NCBI GenBank assembly: GCA_023515725.1
Contig: JALDTO010000213.1
Location: 318,280-382,279 of the forward strand
Length of the DNA: 64,000 bases
Reading direction: 5' to 3'
Origin: Amoeboaphelidium protococcarum X5
Lineage: Eukaryota; Fungi; Aphelidiomycota
Both the position numbers and the translations under genes were made by a program. Below the pieces are notes generated by a model, which saw nothing but the letters and a program-made list of their open reading frames with translations, had not been told where the DNA came from and did not search any database. Shown here piece after piece: positions 42,010-55,199 of this stretch; the stretch's first letter is position 1, and each line of letters starts with the position of its first letter.

Positions 42010-43728
42010 TCAAAATTACTACTACACGCCGTTCGTCCTAACAACAGTACTCTCATCAACACCGCTTTGAGAATAAAGCTGACCATTACTTGCATTATTG
42101 TTTAGATATACATTTTACTAAGAAGACACTGCAGCTTAATTTACCTATTACTTAATCGATGGTAAAGCGGCGAGGCATTGTTAGAACGTGGTTAGAATGT
42201 CAGCAAAAGTTGGTCGACTGGCATGATTCTGTGACCAGGAACGCGTGATGACTTGACACAACACATCCACCAAGTAATCGCTCTGTCTTCTCAGTTGTAT
42301 AGTTTGCGGAAATCTCGGACGTTTGTTGTCGAGAACTAGCATAGCGATATCTTCCTAGACTCCGTGCCATGCAAATTTCCGCGTCAGACATTCGAAGGCC
42401 ACCACACCGAATGAGAACACGTCGCCAGCCTTGGCCACTGCCGGACTGGCTAGATTTGCTTCATCTTCCGGCGTGTTTTAAACGAATGTCTTTATAACTT
42501 CTGGGGCAGCATAAGGCAACGATGCTCCTTTGATACGCGACTCCTTGTATGCTTTCACTCTCAGCAAAGACGAATCGATAATAGAAGCAACACCAAGATC
42601 ACCGATAATGGCTCGTAACTATCCCTGCTCATCCTTGTCTATGAAAATGTTAGCCGGCTTGATATCCGAGTGAACGACACCTTCATCGTGCAAATTACCC
42701 AATCCTTCGGCAATATCCTGCGCAAGACTCATAACGAAGCGAGGACTCCATTTATCATCAGGTACGTGATTATTTCGCTGATGGATTAAATCATATAGTG
42801 TACCAAAGCGATAATACTTCATCAGAATGGATAAAGGATTCATGCAGAATCCGCGTATCTTTGCAACATGTTTAGACTTGTACACCAACCACATTATAGA
42901 GACTTCTTGTTGAAATGACAACTGGCAATCCTGCTGAGACTCGAAAGCTTCAGGCTTGATTTGCTTTACAACGCATTAAGTTTCTCCTTCGGCGCGATCT
43001 ATGCCATAGCGCGTTAGAAGTTCCCCCAAATACAAAGTCCCACCGGCACCCTCTGCAAATCGCTCATTGACTGAGAAATCAGTGCCCTCCACCATCGATA
43101 GGAAACCAGGCATAGCCAATGTTTTACCTTGTGTGATAAGCGTAGTTGAATCCACAGAGTGGGCATTGGTGACTCTTGAATTGGTGGCATCATCTCTACT
43201 TGCCGGCTGCTAAATACCATTAGGCGATTAAACTTGATATTGCTACTGATTGATACTCTAAACCAGCTATCCAAATCCATATTGAGTAGCAGGTTATTGC
43301 ATATTATTAGGAAGTGACTGACCTTGCATTACCGGCGGCTAAGGTTTAACCAATTAGGCGCTTAAAATTACAGTCGGTCCGTTCATAACAGAGTGCGTGC
43401 TCATTGATTTGCTTTGCATGAATTAGGGCACCTAGGGAATCGAAGGACGCTGCAGCTACTACTACTGCATTTATTGTGTATTGCTCCTTATATCTTACGA
43501 CTATCTGACATTTTACTGCACAGCAACAGGTACGAAATTTCCACCTTGAATTTACTACTACTACTACTATTGCGGCAGATAAGGTTGTGATCTTTATAAT
43601 TGTTTTTACGCTGGGACATTGTTTCGACGTCGCTGCCGCTTCAACCTGCTGTACGCTACAACGACTACGATTATACCAAACACCAGTAAAGCACCCAGTA
43701 TAATTAGCACAATAAGAAGTACGTCCAT
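42010..43728 (-). CDS. Single-pass transmembrane protein kinase, paralogue of 27504-29579, 572 aa
   Basis: N-terminal TM MDVLLIVLIILGALLVFGIIVVVVAY. Motifs GKTLAMPGFL, HSDIKPAN, DLG and SLLRVKAYKESRIKGASLPYAAPE are nearly identical to the paralogue. Confidence 0.9.
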
Positions 43729-43956
43729 TATTATTCAGTCTAAATGTACAAGAAGATATTTTTTCTCAATGATTAGAAGAGCAGTATCGTAGTAATAAAT
43801 TGGTAAATCATTTTTGGCGATTGAATTGATCTATAGTGTTGTATAAAAATAGCTCACGCCTGCCAACAGCAGTCGCACAACTTGGAAATCTAAAACATAA
43901 TACGAATGAAAATAGTTTGGAATAATAATTACGCGCACTAGATATAATAAAGAGTA

Positions 43957-44784
43957 TCACAACTTGCTCTTGGTCTTTTAAGCACCCTTGAGAACGCCAT
44001 CCAACTTTGTGGCAAGCATCATGTTACCTTTCACCTTCAGCTTGCCCTGCATAAAAGCCTTCTAGCCGGTCAGTTTACCGTTAGACAGAGCCACCATGGT
44101 ATCATCCCCGATGCTGATAATGATGTCAGCTTTACCCTTTGCTGGCCCAACATACACTGATCCAGGCGGGTTCTTAAAGTCCAGAGTCCAGTTCTACTCT
44201 TTACCGCCGGCATTCTTAACAACAAACTGAAACACCGCGTTGATGCGTTTCAGATTAGCCTGACGCTCGGCCTCAGACGAACTTTCCAATCCGGCGCGAA
44301 TCTGCTCAAACACAGCGCTCGACTCGAATCCATCAACCTTGACACTCTTCGCGTTGGCACCACCATTAGAAGCACCAGTTGAGCTTTTGGAATCGGCCTT
44401 CTTTGGCTAAGCACTCTTGGCGTTCTGTACCTGTTTGAACAGAGGATCCAATTTAGTTGCCAGCATCATATTTCCCTTCACCTTGATCTTACCAGCCATA
44501 AATGCCTTTTGTCCATTCAATTTACCGGAGGCCAGTTCCACAAAGTCATCATCGGATACAGCAATGACGATATCAGCCTTACCAGATTTAGGTGGACCGG
44601 TAATGACCATCTATCCATCCTGAGGGTTCTTGAGGTTCAGAGTCCAAGTCTATACCTTGCTACCAGCTTTGACATCAAACTGGAACACTGCATTAACTTT
44701 TTTCCATGCATCAGTAGTAGGTAGAGCTTGAGCGATCTATTGCATAACAGCAGAGCTCTTAAAACCATCCACAGCTACAGTCAT
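43957..44784 (-). CDS. Peroxisomal tandem SCP2 sterol/lipid-binding protein, 275 aa
   Basis: Two SCP2 domains, each with [26 protein letters not shown]. C-terminal PTS1 SKL-TGA. Confidence 0.92.
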
Positions 44785-45233
44785 ACTTGAGAGAAATAAA
44801 ATGTTATAATTATATAAAATTCACAGAACGAAAATAGAACTAAGAATGTACTTGGTGCTAGGTAAGGAAAACAGAGATTAGCGACGAATGAAAGTGAATG
44901 ACACAAAGTTCAAACTCAACACATTTCGTTGTTTCTTACGGTCAAAGGGAGCGGTGCACACTCAGTTGACGCGTCATCTCATCTGTTAGCGGAAACAATT
45001 TTGTAAAGCTTTCGAGCCCCTGCGTTGTTTCTTTTCGAGCGCGCTCTTAGTATCTTCACAGATACAGTAACAAAAAGCGACATAAGTCAGTTCAGAGAGA
45101 AACGCGATCTGGAAATAACCGAAGCCTTAACGCGTCCGAATTGGAATCTTTTTTCGGCGTTTGATCCAAGAAAGAACAATCTCCTAGTAATAATAATCAC
45201 GACGTTAATAATAATAATAAATAGCTGTTGAAA

Positions 45234-46659
45234 ATGCCAAGAGGACCTAGAAAGCACTTGAAAAGATTGAATGCTCCATCTCACTGGATGCTGGACAAAA
45301 TGACCGGTACCTGGGCACCTCGTCCATCGTCTGGTCCTCACAAATTGCGCGAGTGTCTGCCACTGATCATCTTCTTGCGTAACAGATTGAAGTATGCTCT
45401 GAACAAGCGCGAGGTTGTCTCTATTGTGCAGCAGCGTCTGATTAAGGTGGACGGCAAAGTTCGTACTGATGCTAATTTCCCAGCTGGTTATATGGGTAGG
45501 ATTTTAATTGTTATTGATTAGTAGCGATGATTGTAGATTGATCGATTGATTGATGTTGTTGTTGATGTCGTGCTTATATTCCTATATGTTGGTAACTGTA
45601 TGATGGATAGTTTGGCTCATTGTTTTAATTGAATGGCTCATGATGTTTTATTATAATTGATAAACCATGTGGCGAATGCACGCGTTCTGGATTACATATA
45701 TAGATATAGGTATCTATATGACTAGCAGGAATGATATGCAGATGGGATTAGATAGTCTCATCCTAACAAGTCCTAAATTGAATGTCGCGGTGTTCATCTC
45801 GTTATAGAGATTGAGTTACCAAGAAAACGTCTCATTATTTGATGATGATGACGTCGCATTGACTTGCCATAATGTCATTGTAGTCCTCCCGCGTTCATTC
45901 GATTAATCCATGACCAACTTCTGTTTGGTACCGCTATTAGGAGGTATGTTTATATTCTGTATTCATACCGCATGTTGATACTGTGCTTGTTCTTACCTTT
46001 GATGGGTGAGGCCAAGTACCCAGATTCTTCATGAACGACTCTGCATATGCATATATATTTATCGATCTGCAATCTCGATACTGTTTTGCAGCAGATCTCT
46101 AATAATATTCTTATCTCTTATCAGATGTGTAGATGTCATTTCCATTGAGAAGACTGGTGAGCACTTCCGTCTTGTGTATGATGTCAAGGGTCGCTTCACT
46201 ATCCACCGTATTACTGATGAGGAGGCTAAGTTTAAGCTGTGCAAAGTTAGAAAGGTTCAGCTGGGTGCTAAAGGTATTCCATACGTTGTCACTCATGATG
46301 GTCGCACCATCCGTTATCCGGATCCATTGATCAAGGCTAACGACACTGTGAAGGTTGATCTGGAGACTGGTAAGATTGTCGACTTTGTCAAGTTCGACAC
46401 TGGTAACATGTGTGCCATCACTGGCGGTCGTAACATGGGTCGTATGGGTGTGATTGTGCACCGTGAGAGACATTTGGGTGGTTTCGATATTGTCCACGTC
46501 AAGGACGCGTTGGATCACACCTTCGCCACTCGTCTGAGCAACGTCTTTGTCATTGGTAAGGGTAACAAGGCTTGGGTGTCTCTGCCTAAGCAGAAGGGTG
46601 TCAAGCTGACCATCCTGGAGGAGAGAGATCGCCGTATTGCTGCAGCAAGCAAGAAGTGA
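45234..46659 (+). CDS. RPS4: 40S ribosomal protein S4 (eS4), intron 45496-46132
   Basis: Exon 1 reads [22 protein letters not shown]... and exon 2 reads [22 protein letters not shown]... Confidence 0.98.
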
Positions 46660-46845
46660 GCACATCTTATATACATTGAATTTCAATCATCACTACCTAC
46701 ACGCTTTCTCTTGATTATTGTCATTTTGTATTACTGCAGTTGATCCGAGTCGTTTCTCGCTTGACGTTTCGCTTATCTCACCATTTTCACCGTTTTAGTC
46801 TTTCATCAACAAACTCGCGAGCGAGAGAGAGAAAGCTCAGTAATA

Positions 46846-47049
46846 ATGACGAAAGAAATTAAAAAGACTGAATCTGCTGCAGTTACTGGCGGGAACGAGT
46901 AAAAGAAACTGAAGCCTTGCTGTGCGTGTCCAGAGACAAAGAAGGCAAGAGATGAATGTGTCCTATTGAAGGGTGATGATGATTTGGAATGCAAGAAATT
47001 TATTGAAGAGCATAAGAAATGCATGCGATCTCACGGATTCAATGTTTGA
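46846..47049 (+). CDS. COX17: Cytochrome c oxidase copper chaperone, 67 aa
   Basis: [18 protein letters not shown]...[19 protein letters not shown], with one in-frame TAA=Gln. Confidence 0.95.
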
Positions 47050-47158
47050 TTGATTAATAGAATATATCATTAAACGTTAGTATTATGGGACTCTGTCATT
47101 AATTATTTAGCATACTCTCATTACACTATAATAATATCACGCGTGTATGGAGCTACTT

Positions 47159-48013
47159 TCATTCAAATTGACTGTTGGATAGAACATAGATGGATTCATT
47201 GTCGTAGATATTGATTGATCCATCGGAAGTTGCATTGTGAACAATCTTTTAATTCATTGACTGCGTGTATGATTCAACATCTTTCAGTGCCTAAGGCTAT
47301 TGGTCCAATGATGCTTTTACCATAGCATCTGCCACACCTTCGACTGATACACATCCCTTCTTGGGAGCGAATACTTTCAGAAGCGGGACTATCAACGCGC
47401 CGCCAATCTTCTCCATAACTCTACCATCATCGGGACGGCCTTCCAAGAAACCAGGTCGGAATATGCTCAGATTCGCAAAATTAAGTTTAGCCAGTTCCTA
47501 CTCAATCTCTCCTTTAGTTTTCGGATACAGGAATGCTGATTAAGGATTTGCACCAGCAGATGTAAGCAAAAAGCATTTCAACTACCGTTACTACTTGTCA
47601 GAGTTCTACTCTTTCCACAGCTTGGCAGTGTTGACGACGTAATCCTTGTCAATCTTTACAAATGCTTCAGCTGAGCCAGCCTGAGCCCGCGTAGTGCCGT
47701 GAGTGATGAAGAAGCAATCACTGTCTTTCAAGTATTCGATCTAATCTGCGCTTGGGGACTCGAAATCATACTGACACACTTGCAACGCCTATTTGTTGTC
47801 GCCATCATACTGAACGGAATCAGCAGGCTTCCTGGTCAACATTACCACCTTTGAGAAGGCACCTGTCGCAAGTAGTCGCGCAACTAAATGACGACCCACT
47901 GCACCAGTACCACCCATCACAACACATTTGAACTTGTTCTAATACTATTTGAGAGCCTGTACTTCAGAATCGCTAGCAATTTTAGTCGCTGGTATTTAAA
48001 ACATTTCCACCAT
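47159..48013 (-). CDS. TIP30/HTATIP2 (Fmp52-like) atypical SDR oxidoreductase, 284 aa
   Basis: VVMGGTGAVG, HGTTRAQAGSAEAFVKIDKDYV, SAFLYPKTKGEIE and SIFRPGFL. Confidence 0.9.
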
Positions 48014-48174
48014 TCTCTCACCAGTTGTGATCGTTATTGATCTCACTGATTAAAAGAAATATAAAGTAATTATGATAGTAGCTTTACGACAAATAATAAA
48101 GCAATAATAGTAAGAGTCGCAATTATTGAAGATATAGTATTAAATTCACGCGGTATTTATAAAGAACAGATAAA

Positions 48175-49713
48175 TCATAATCTTGCAGATTTTGGATACA
48201 TCTTGACAGCCTGACGGATGGCCAAGTCAGCCATAATCTCTTCAGAGCCACCGAGAATGGCTGCAAACTTGGTAGCACGACGATATCTTTCCACCACCTG
48301 GCCCATACCAGTAGAAGTTATGGCACGACCACCAAAGATCTGACAGGCTTAATCACAAACAAACTCCCCCGATCTGGTAGAGAACAGTTTGAGTAGAGCA
48401 ATAGGACCGGCCAAGTGCAGAGATTGCTCCTTGTAGGACATGACTGACATCTGATACGTGATTGACTCCAGCCAGGACTACGTGGCCTCCACTCTTGATA
48501 TCATCTGCGCCAACTTCTCTCTAATCACCGGCTGGGAGATCAATGGCTTACCAAAGACTTGACGCTGCATGGCCCACTTAAAGCACTCTTCAACCACCAG
48601 GCGTGATGCGCGTACAGACTGGCACACAATCAGCCATCTCTCATGATTGAAATTGAACATGATAGTCTTGAAACCTTCATTCAATTTACCAAGCAAATTC
48701 TCAACAGGCACCTTCACATTCTCCATAATGACAAGAGACGTACCAGCAGAGGAGGAGTAGGCAGTCTTGATAGGCTTAGTTCTCAGGCCAGGGGAGCGTT
48801 CAATCAACAACATTGAGATACCATTCATCCCTTTACCGCCAGTCCTGACAGCAGTGGTGAAGTACTAGGCATGGTGTCCATTAGTGATCCACTTCTTGAC
48901 ACCATTCACAATGTAATACTTTCCATCGTCACTCAACTTGGCCGTGGTCTAGATGGCAGACACATCACTTCCGCAGAATGGCTCAGTAATACTCAAACAA
49001 ATTCTCTTTTTACCATCCAGAATATCAGGCACCACACGCTTCTATAACTCTGCACTACCAAAGTGCAGCAACGGCGGCAGGCCTATAACCAGACCACACG
49101 CTAGGCCATCAGAGAATCCAGGATACCCCAGAGTCTGGATCTCTTCGTGCGCAATCAGTTCATGAAAATAATCAAACTCTTCAGGCTTTACACCACCAGG
49201 CAACTGACGACCTTTCATCCAATGCCCAGGACCAAGTCTACTTGCCCATAGACCAAACTGGCCGCACTTTTCAAATAACTCTTTCGATGGTGCCTCATCC
49301 AGGTCATCTTTCACCTTGGCCTCTGGTAGAATTTCCTCTGTAAAGAACTTACGTAGAGCCTACTTGAACTTGATATGAGTCTCTTTATAATAAGCTGATC
49401 TTCCGCTCTGCCAGAACGCAGCCTCGGCGTACGGAACTTTACTGATCACAGTGCCGCCAGACTTGACCACCTACTTCTCTCCCTATATTCTACCTATAGC
49501 ATACTTGGGTCCATACTTGTTCAAAACATCGTGACGGTGCAGAGCATAAAACACTTCAGTCGCATCCTTACCCCCATAAGGCGTCAATATATCAGTTCCA
49601 CCTGGATGCATATCCTTGAATACAGTCAGATCATACACAATACCATCGATCACAATCCAGAAAGAGTCATCATTATCATGCTTCTACACCTCCTCTCTAG
49701 TATACTCCTTCAT
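48175..49713 (-). CDS. Cytochrome b5-fused acyl-CoA dehydrogenase, peroxisomal, 512 aa
   Basis: N-terminal b5 domain (WIVIDGIVYDL..HPGG..GKDATEVF). ACAD motifs TEPFCGSDV, GVKKWITNG and QIFGG..ILGGSEEIM. PTS1-like ARL. Confidence 0.92.
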
Positions 49714-50037
49714 TTTTATTCTGATACTTATTTCACTAAAACTTCAACTACTTAAAAATTATCTGTTCTTACTATGTCTGCTATAAGTACAAAAGAAGGG
49801 CAAAAGTTACGTCAGCGGCTCGACTGGGCGAGAAAGAGCGGTCTTCAGTTGAAAGAGAGAGCGAAACAATTCAAACGCGCTCGAATCGCGTCCCGTCGCT
49901 TTCTCTAAAGGAAACTTTAAAACGTTCGCGTCTACTTTCTTCAAGTTTGCTTATTCGATCTCCATCCAGAGTGTATATTCAGTTCGTTACTCTAAAGAGA
50001 CATATAATCTGAAAATAATAAACTTTAATCTACGGAA

Positions 50038-51609
<1,572 letters not shown>

Positions 51610-51672
51610 AGTTATAGAAAGAGTAAGTAAGAGTAATAAATTTAATGTAATTCATGAATATAAGTCATTTAA

Positions 51673-52320
51673 TCATTACTTTTTGGCAGCCTTTTTGAAA
51701 TACTCCAGCGAACCTTTAGGATCAGGCTTGATAGTGTCATGGCCAACTTGCCAGTCGCTCGGACACACTTCACCGTGTTCATCAGCAAACTGGAAAGCTT
51801 GTAGTAGACGCAAGTACTCTTTAACATTTCTACCCACTGGTAGGTCGTTTTAGCTGATATGGCGAATGCGTTGCTGAGGATCGATTAGGTACGTGGCACG
51901 AGAACATACACCGTTGTCCAGAAGGCAGCCATACTTTGTCGCAATGTCGCGATTAACATCAGCGAGCAGGGGAACTTTCAAATCCTGGCCCAGTCCGCCC
52001 TTGTCCTGCGGCGTATTAATCCAAGCAAGATGAGTGAACTGACTGTCCACGGATGAACCCAGAACTTGACAATTGTTCTTTTAGAACTCGTCATAATTTT
52101 TGCTAAAAGATAAAATCTCCGTTGGACAGGTGAATGTGAAATCCATAGGATAGGTGAACAGCAGCACCCACTTGCCTTTAAAATCATCCAATTTCACTTG
52201 CTTGAACTCTTTGTTCCAAACGGACACTGCCTGGAATTGAGGTGCCTTTCCCAGCAACTTGGCACTTTAAGCAGGAGCAGCAGCCAGTCCAGAGTTGAAT
52301 CTTTTACAAATGCGAAGCAT
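51673..52320 (-). CDS. 2-Cys peroxiredoxin, probably mitochondrial, 215 aa
   Basis: [13 protein letters not shown] and [10 protein letters not shown]-terminal presequence [11 protein letters not shown]. Confidence 0.94.
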
Positions 52321-52474
52321 ATTTAAATGTTCTTGTTACCTTTGCAATTTTGGATAAAGAGTTGAGGGAATGATTAGCGCGTCTTCTCGAGATTCTGAAA
52401 GGGAGCCGCTCTCCCAACGTTCTTTATTTTCGCTGGCGCAACTCTGCAATATTCTTGGACTATTTGTAGGTATC

Positions 52475-52785
52475 ATGTCGTAAGATCCCGTTGCATTACT
52501 CGTCAGCAAAATAGATTCTAATGTATGAATGATTGTATAGAGATGAATTACAGAAGTTGTTGCTATCTGAGGAGAGAGTGTGTGTAGATTGCATTACTAA
52601 TGACGCCAGACCGTCTGACTGTGATTGAGTATCCTGTGACATTGTTACCTGAAGGTACGAAATAGGGAATGACTATAAACATAGTGGTATCCCGCGATGA
52701 ACTAGCGGAGTAGAATAGAATTCAGTCTTTTATCAAGTTGCAATCGGAGATTTGTGATTTATATAGTTTGAATACAGTTTAGTGA
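52475..52785 (+). CDS. Stand-alone Chs5 N-terminal (exomer dimerisation) domain protein, ~81 aa (intron 52523-52587)
   Basis: LLVSKIDSNIALLMTPDRLTVIEYPVTLLPEGTKQGMTINIVVSRDELAEQNRIQSFIKLQSEI matches the Chs5_N pattern. No FN3 or BRCT domain follows. Confidence 0.7.
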
Positions 52786-52938
52786 TTATACTTTACCTTT
52801 CTCAATCTCATTACCGCAGAGTTATACCAGAGTTGAAGTTTTGTTCAGTTGATGAAGCAGTAGATGGCTCTGGTACGGTAGAACATGAATTCGAGCAGAG
52901 TTAAGATATTAACTGGCAACCAAAAATGAAATTAAGGT

Positions 52939-53020
52939 CGTCGACAGCAGGATTTGAACCTGCGCGCCCGGAGGGCAATTGATTTCAAGTCAATCTCAGT
53001 AACCACTTTGATATGTCGAC
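52939..53020 (-). tRNA. tRNA-Ser(UGA)
   Basis: The reverse complement has acceptor stem GTCGACA/TGTCGAC, anticodon arm ATTGA-CT TGA AA-TCAAT, long variable arm GCCC..GGGC, T-loop GGTTCAAATCC and discriminator G. Confidence 0.93.
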
Positions 53021-55199
53021 ACGGGAAAATGCTAAAATTGCGGCTCTGCACTAATTGTATACCAACGAATCACTTGTTTCACTCCAAAAAGGCTACGAGC
53101 GAACCTACTACAAGGTCATACCAACGCGCTCATAGTGGCGTGTTTAAGCGGCACGATGGCCGGAGTATCTCAGTAAACTCACCGTATACAGTGAGGATCA
53201 GTAATCGATACCTTGCTAGGCAAGACGTTTCGACTTTCGTCACCTTTTAAGGCGTGTCGGAAAGGCGACATTTAGACACTAGCCTTGAAGTTTGACCGTG
53301 CGCTCCACGATTCGAAATATTGACTATATATTCAAGAGCAGAAAACTTATCCCGGGTCGTGCTAAACGTATACCGCATCCCATGAGAGTTTTGGTACATA
53401 TCATTAAATGCTAGTTGTATTGCTGACGTGTCGCGATCAAAAAACGCGATGATGTCGCTTTTTAAAAGAGCATGACACGTTTAAACTCCAAAGTAGCAAG
53501 CTCAATACGTGTATCAGAATACCTGACATCACCGGCGTCAACTCTTATAGCCATTTCATCACAAGTCGCGTATGATAAATCATTTGGATTGGCAGGATTC
53601 GCCTTATTCAAAGGCCGCAGTCATTGTACGGCATTTCTTGGACATGTGCCTTATACGGACAAACGCACGGAGGGGCTATCCTAAAAATTCCAACACACTG
53701 AATGTACAACATCTACTTCAAGTATTGCAAATTAAATTCTTCAAAGTTTTTTATATATTATCCGAAATATACTATAATTTCTATTGTATTCCAATGAAGG
53801 ATGATTAACCGCTTCCTTGATTTATTCAATTCTGATGTTTTTATCAAATGTTATGGTGAATTCAAACAATCAAAATATAACCGTTCGACGCAATGTACCT
53901 TTTTCGATAAACTTGACCAATTCTGAGCTTTTTTACGTTGTATGGAGATAAACTATGTTAAAGATATAAAGTAAACCTGAATAAGTTTACCCCCCGAGGC
54001 GTCGCGACTCTGCCGCGTCAGAGCCGTGACTTGGGGCTGGCCTAAAATTTATTATTGCTCGCGGTTGTGGTCGCAACGTTGTCGCACTTTTTTCATACTG
54101 TTGTACGTTTCAACCAACAATCGAGAGACAGGTACTGTAACTATCTTTGAAAGTCTCGCGTTATAATTATATCTAAACATTTAATTTATTCATTTCCTAA
54201 ATTATTCACTATTACATTATATAAACAGTATATCAGTACCATAGTGGATCAGAAGAACTTAAGTTTCTTCTCTGGAGACTCTGCAATCGCTTAATCGTCT
54301 TCGAATGGTAGGCGCTCAGCTCGTTGTCTGTCACCTTCTATGCCAGATGGCAGCTTTTTATGAAAATCTAAATAGCAATTGCACTTACTGACTGCTTAAA
54401 ATTCCCCTTTTTCCCGCGAGCTTTCTTCTAATCAATTGAATACATTGTCCCTTTTATGTAACAGAGAGCTACAACTTCTTAGCGTTCTTGCAACGAAGCC
54501 TCAATGAGATCGAAAAAGGTGATGGAGGTATCAGGGGTCAATTTAATGGTGGCATTGTTATAACTGCTGTACGTCTCGGTGGAATATTCTTTTCGACTAC
54601 AGTTGCACCAGAATAAAGCGCCGACAGTGACGCGGAAGCAGCGATAGAGTCTGCGTCCCATTGTTTGATATGGGTTTGTGACAGGCTAATCGAAACAGCA
54701 TCATTATAAGATAACATTGCCCACTCAGACGCGTAAAGTAAACAAGCAGGTATCTATATGCAGGCCTGTAAACTATATGATTAAGTTGACAAAGTTTGTG
54801 GGATGATAGTGTGGATACCGTGGTCAGTTCTTTGCTGTAAAGCAATCTCCTCTAAGCGTAAATTAGAACACGCTGTGGAAACTCTCCCGTCGAACTTAGG
54901 TCGCTAATTGTAGGAGAAGGCATCAATACAATCACCACAGAGTTGAAACGTGCATACACCATTGTCAGCACTTAAATGCTAGATACCGTCATTTTCCAAA
55001 GCTCAATGAACTGAGGGAGAAGATGCGTTAACAGCTGCCTTAAACATTTTTTAGATTATTTTCATTTATTCTAGGTGGTAATTCCGCGTTGAAACCACGT
55101 TGAAACCATTCTCTAAACTAATATTGTGTTTGCGCTCAGTCAAAAATCTATCAGCCTAATTGAAAACTATACTGTTGATCATTACCTGTTGATTACTAT

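Noticed and set aside
43957-49713. Peroxisomal lipid gene cluster (SCP2 and b5-ACAD)
   Set aside because: The two genes are separated by unrelated housekeeping genes, and proximity is expected by chance in a compact genome.
52939-53020. tRNA with 'TGA' as a possible suppressor or selenocysteine tRNA
   Set aside because: Anticodon UGA decodes Ser UCA. An opal/Sec tRNA needs anticodon UCA, and TAR decoding needs UUA or CUA.
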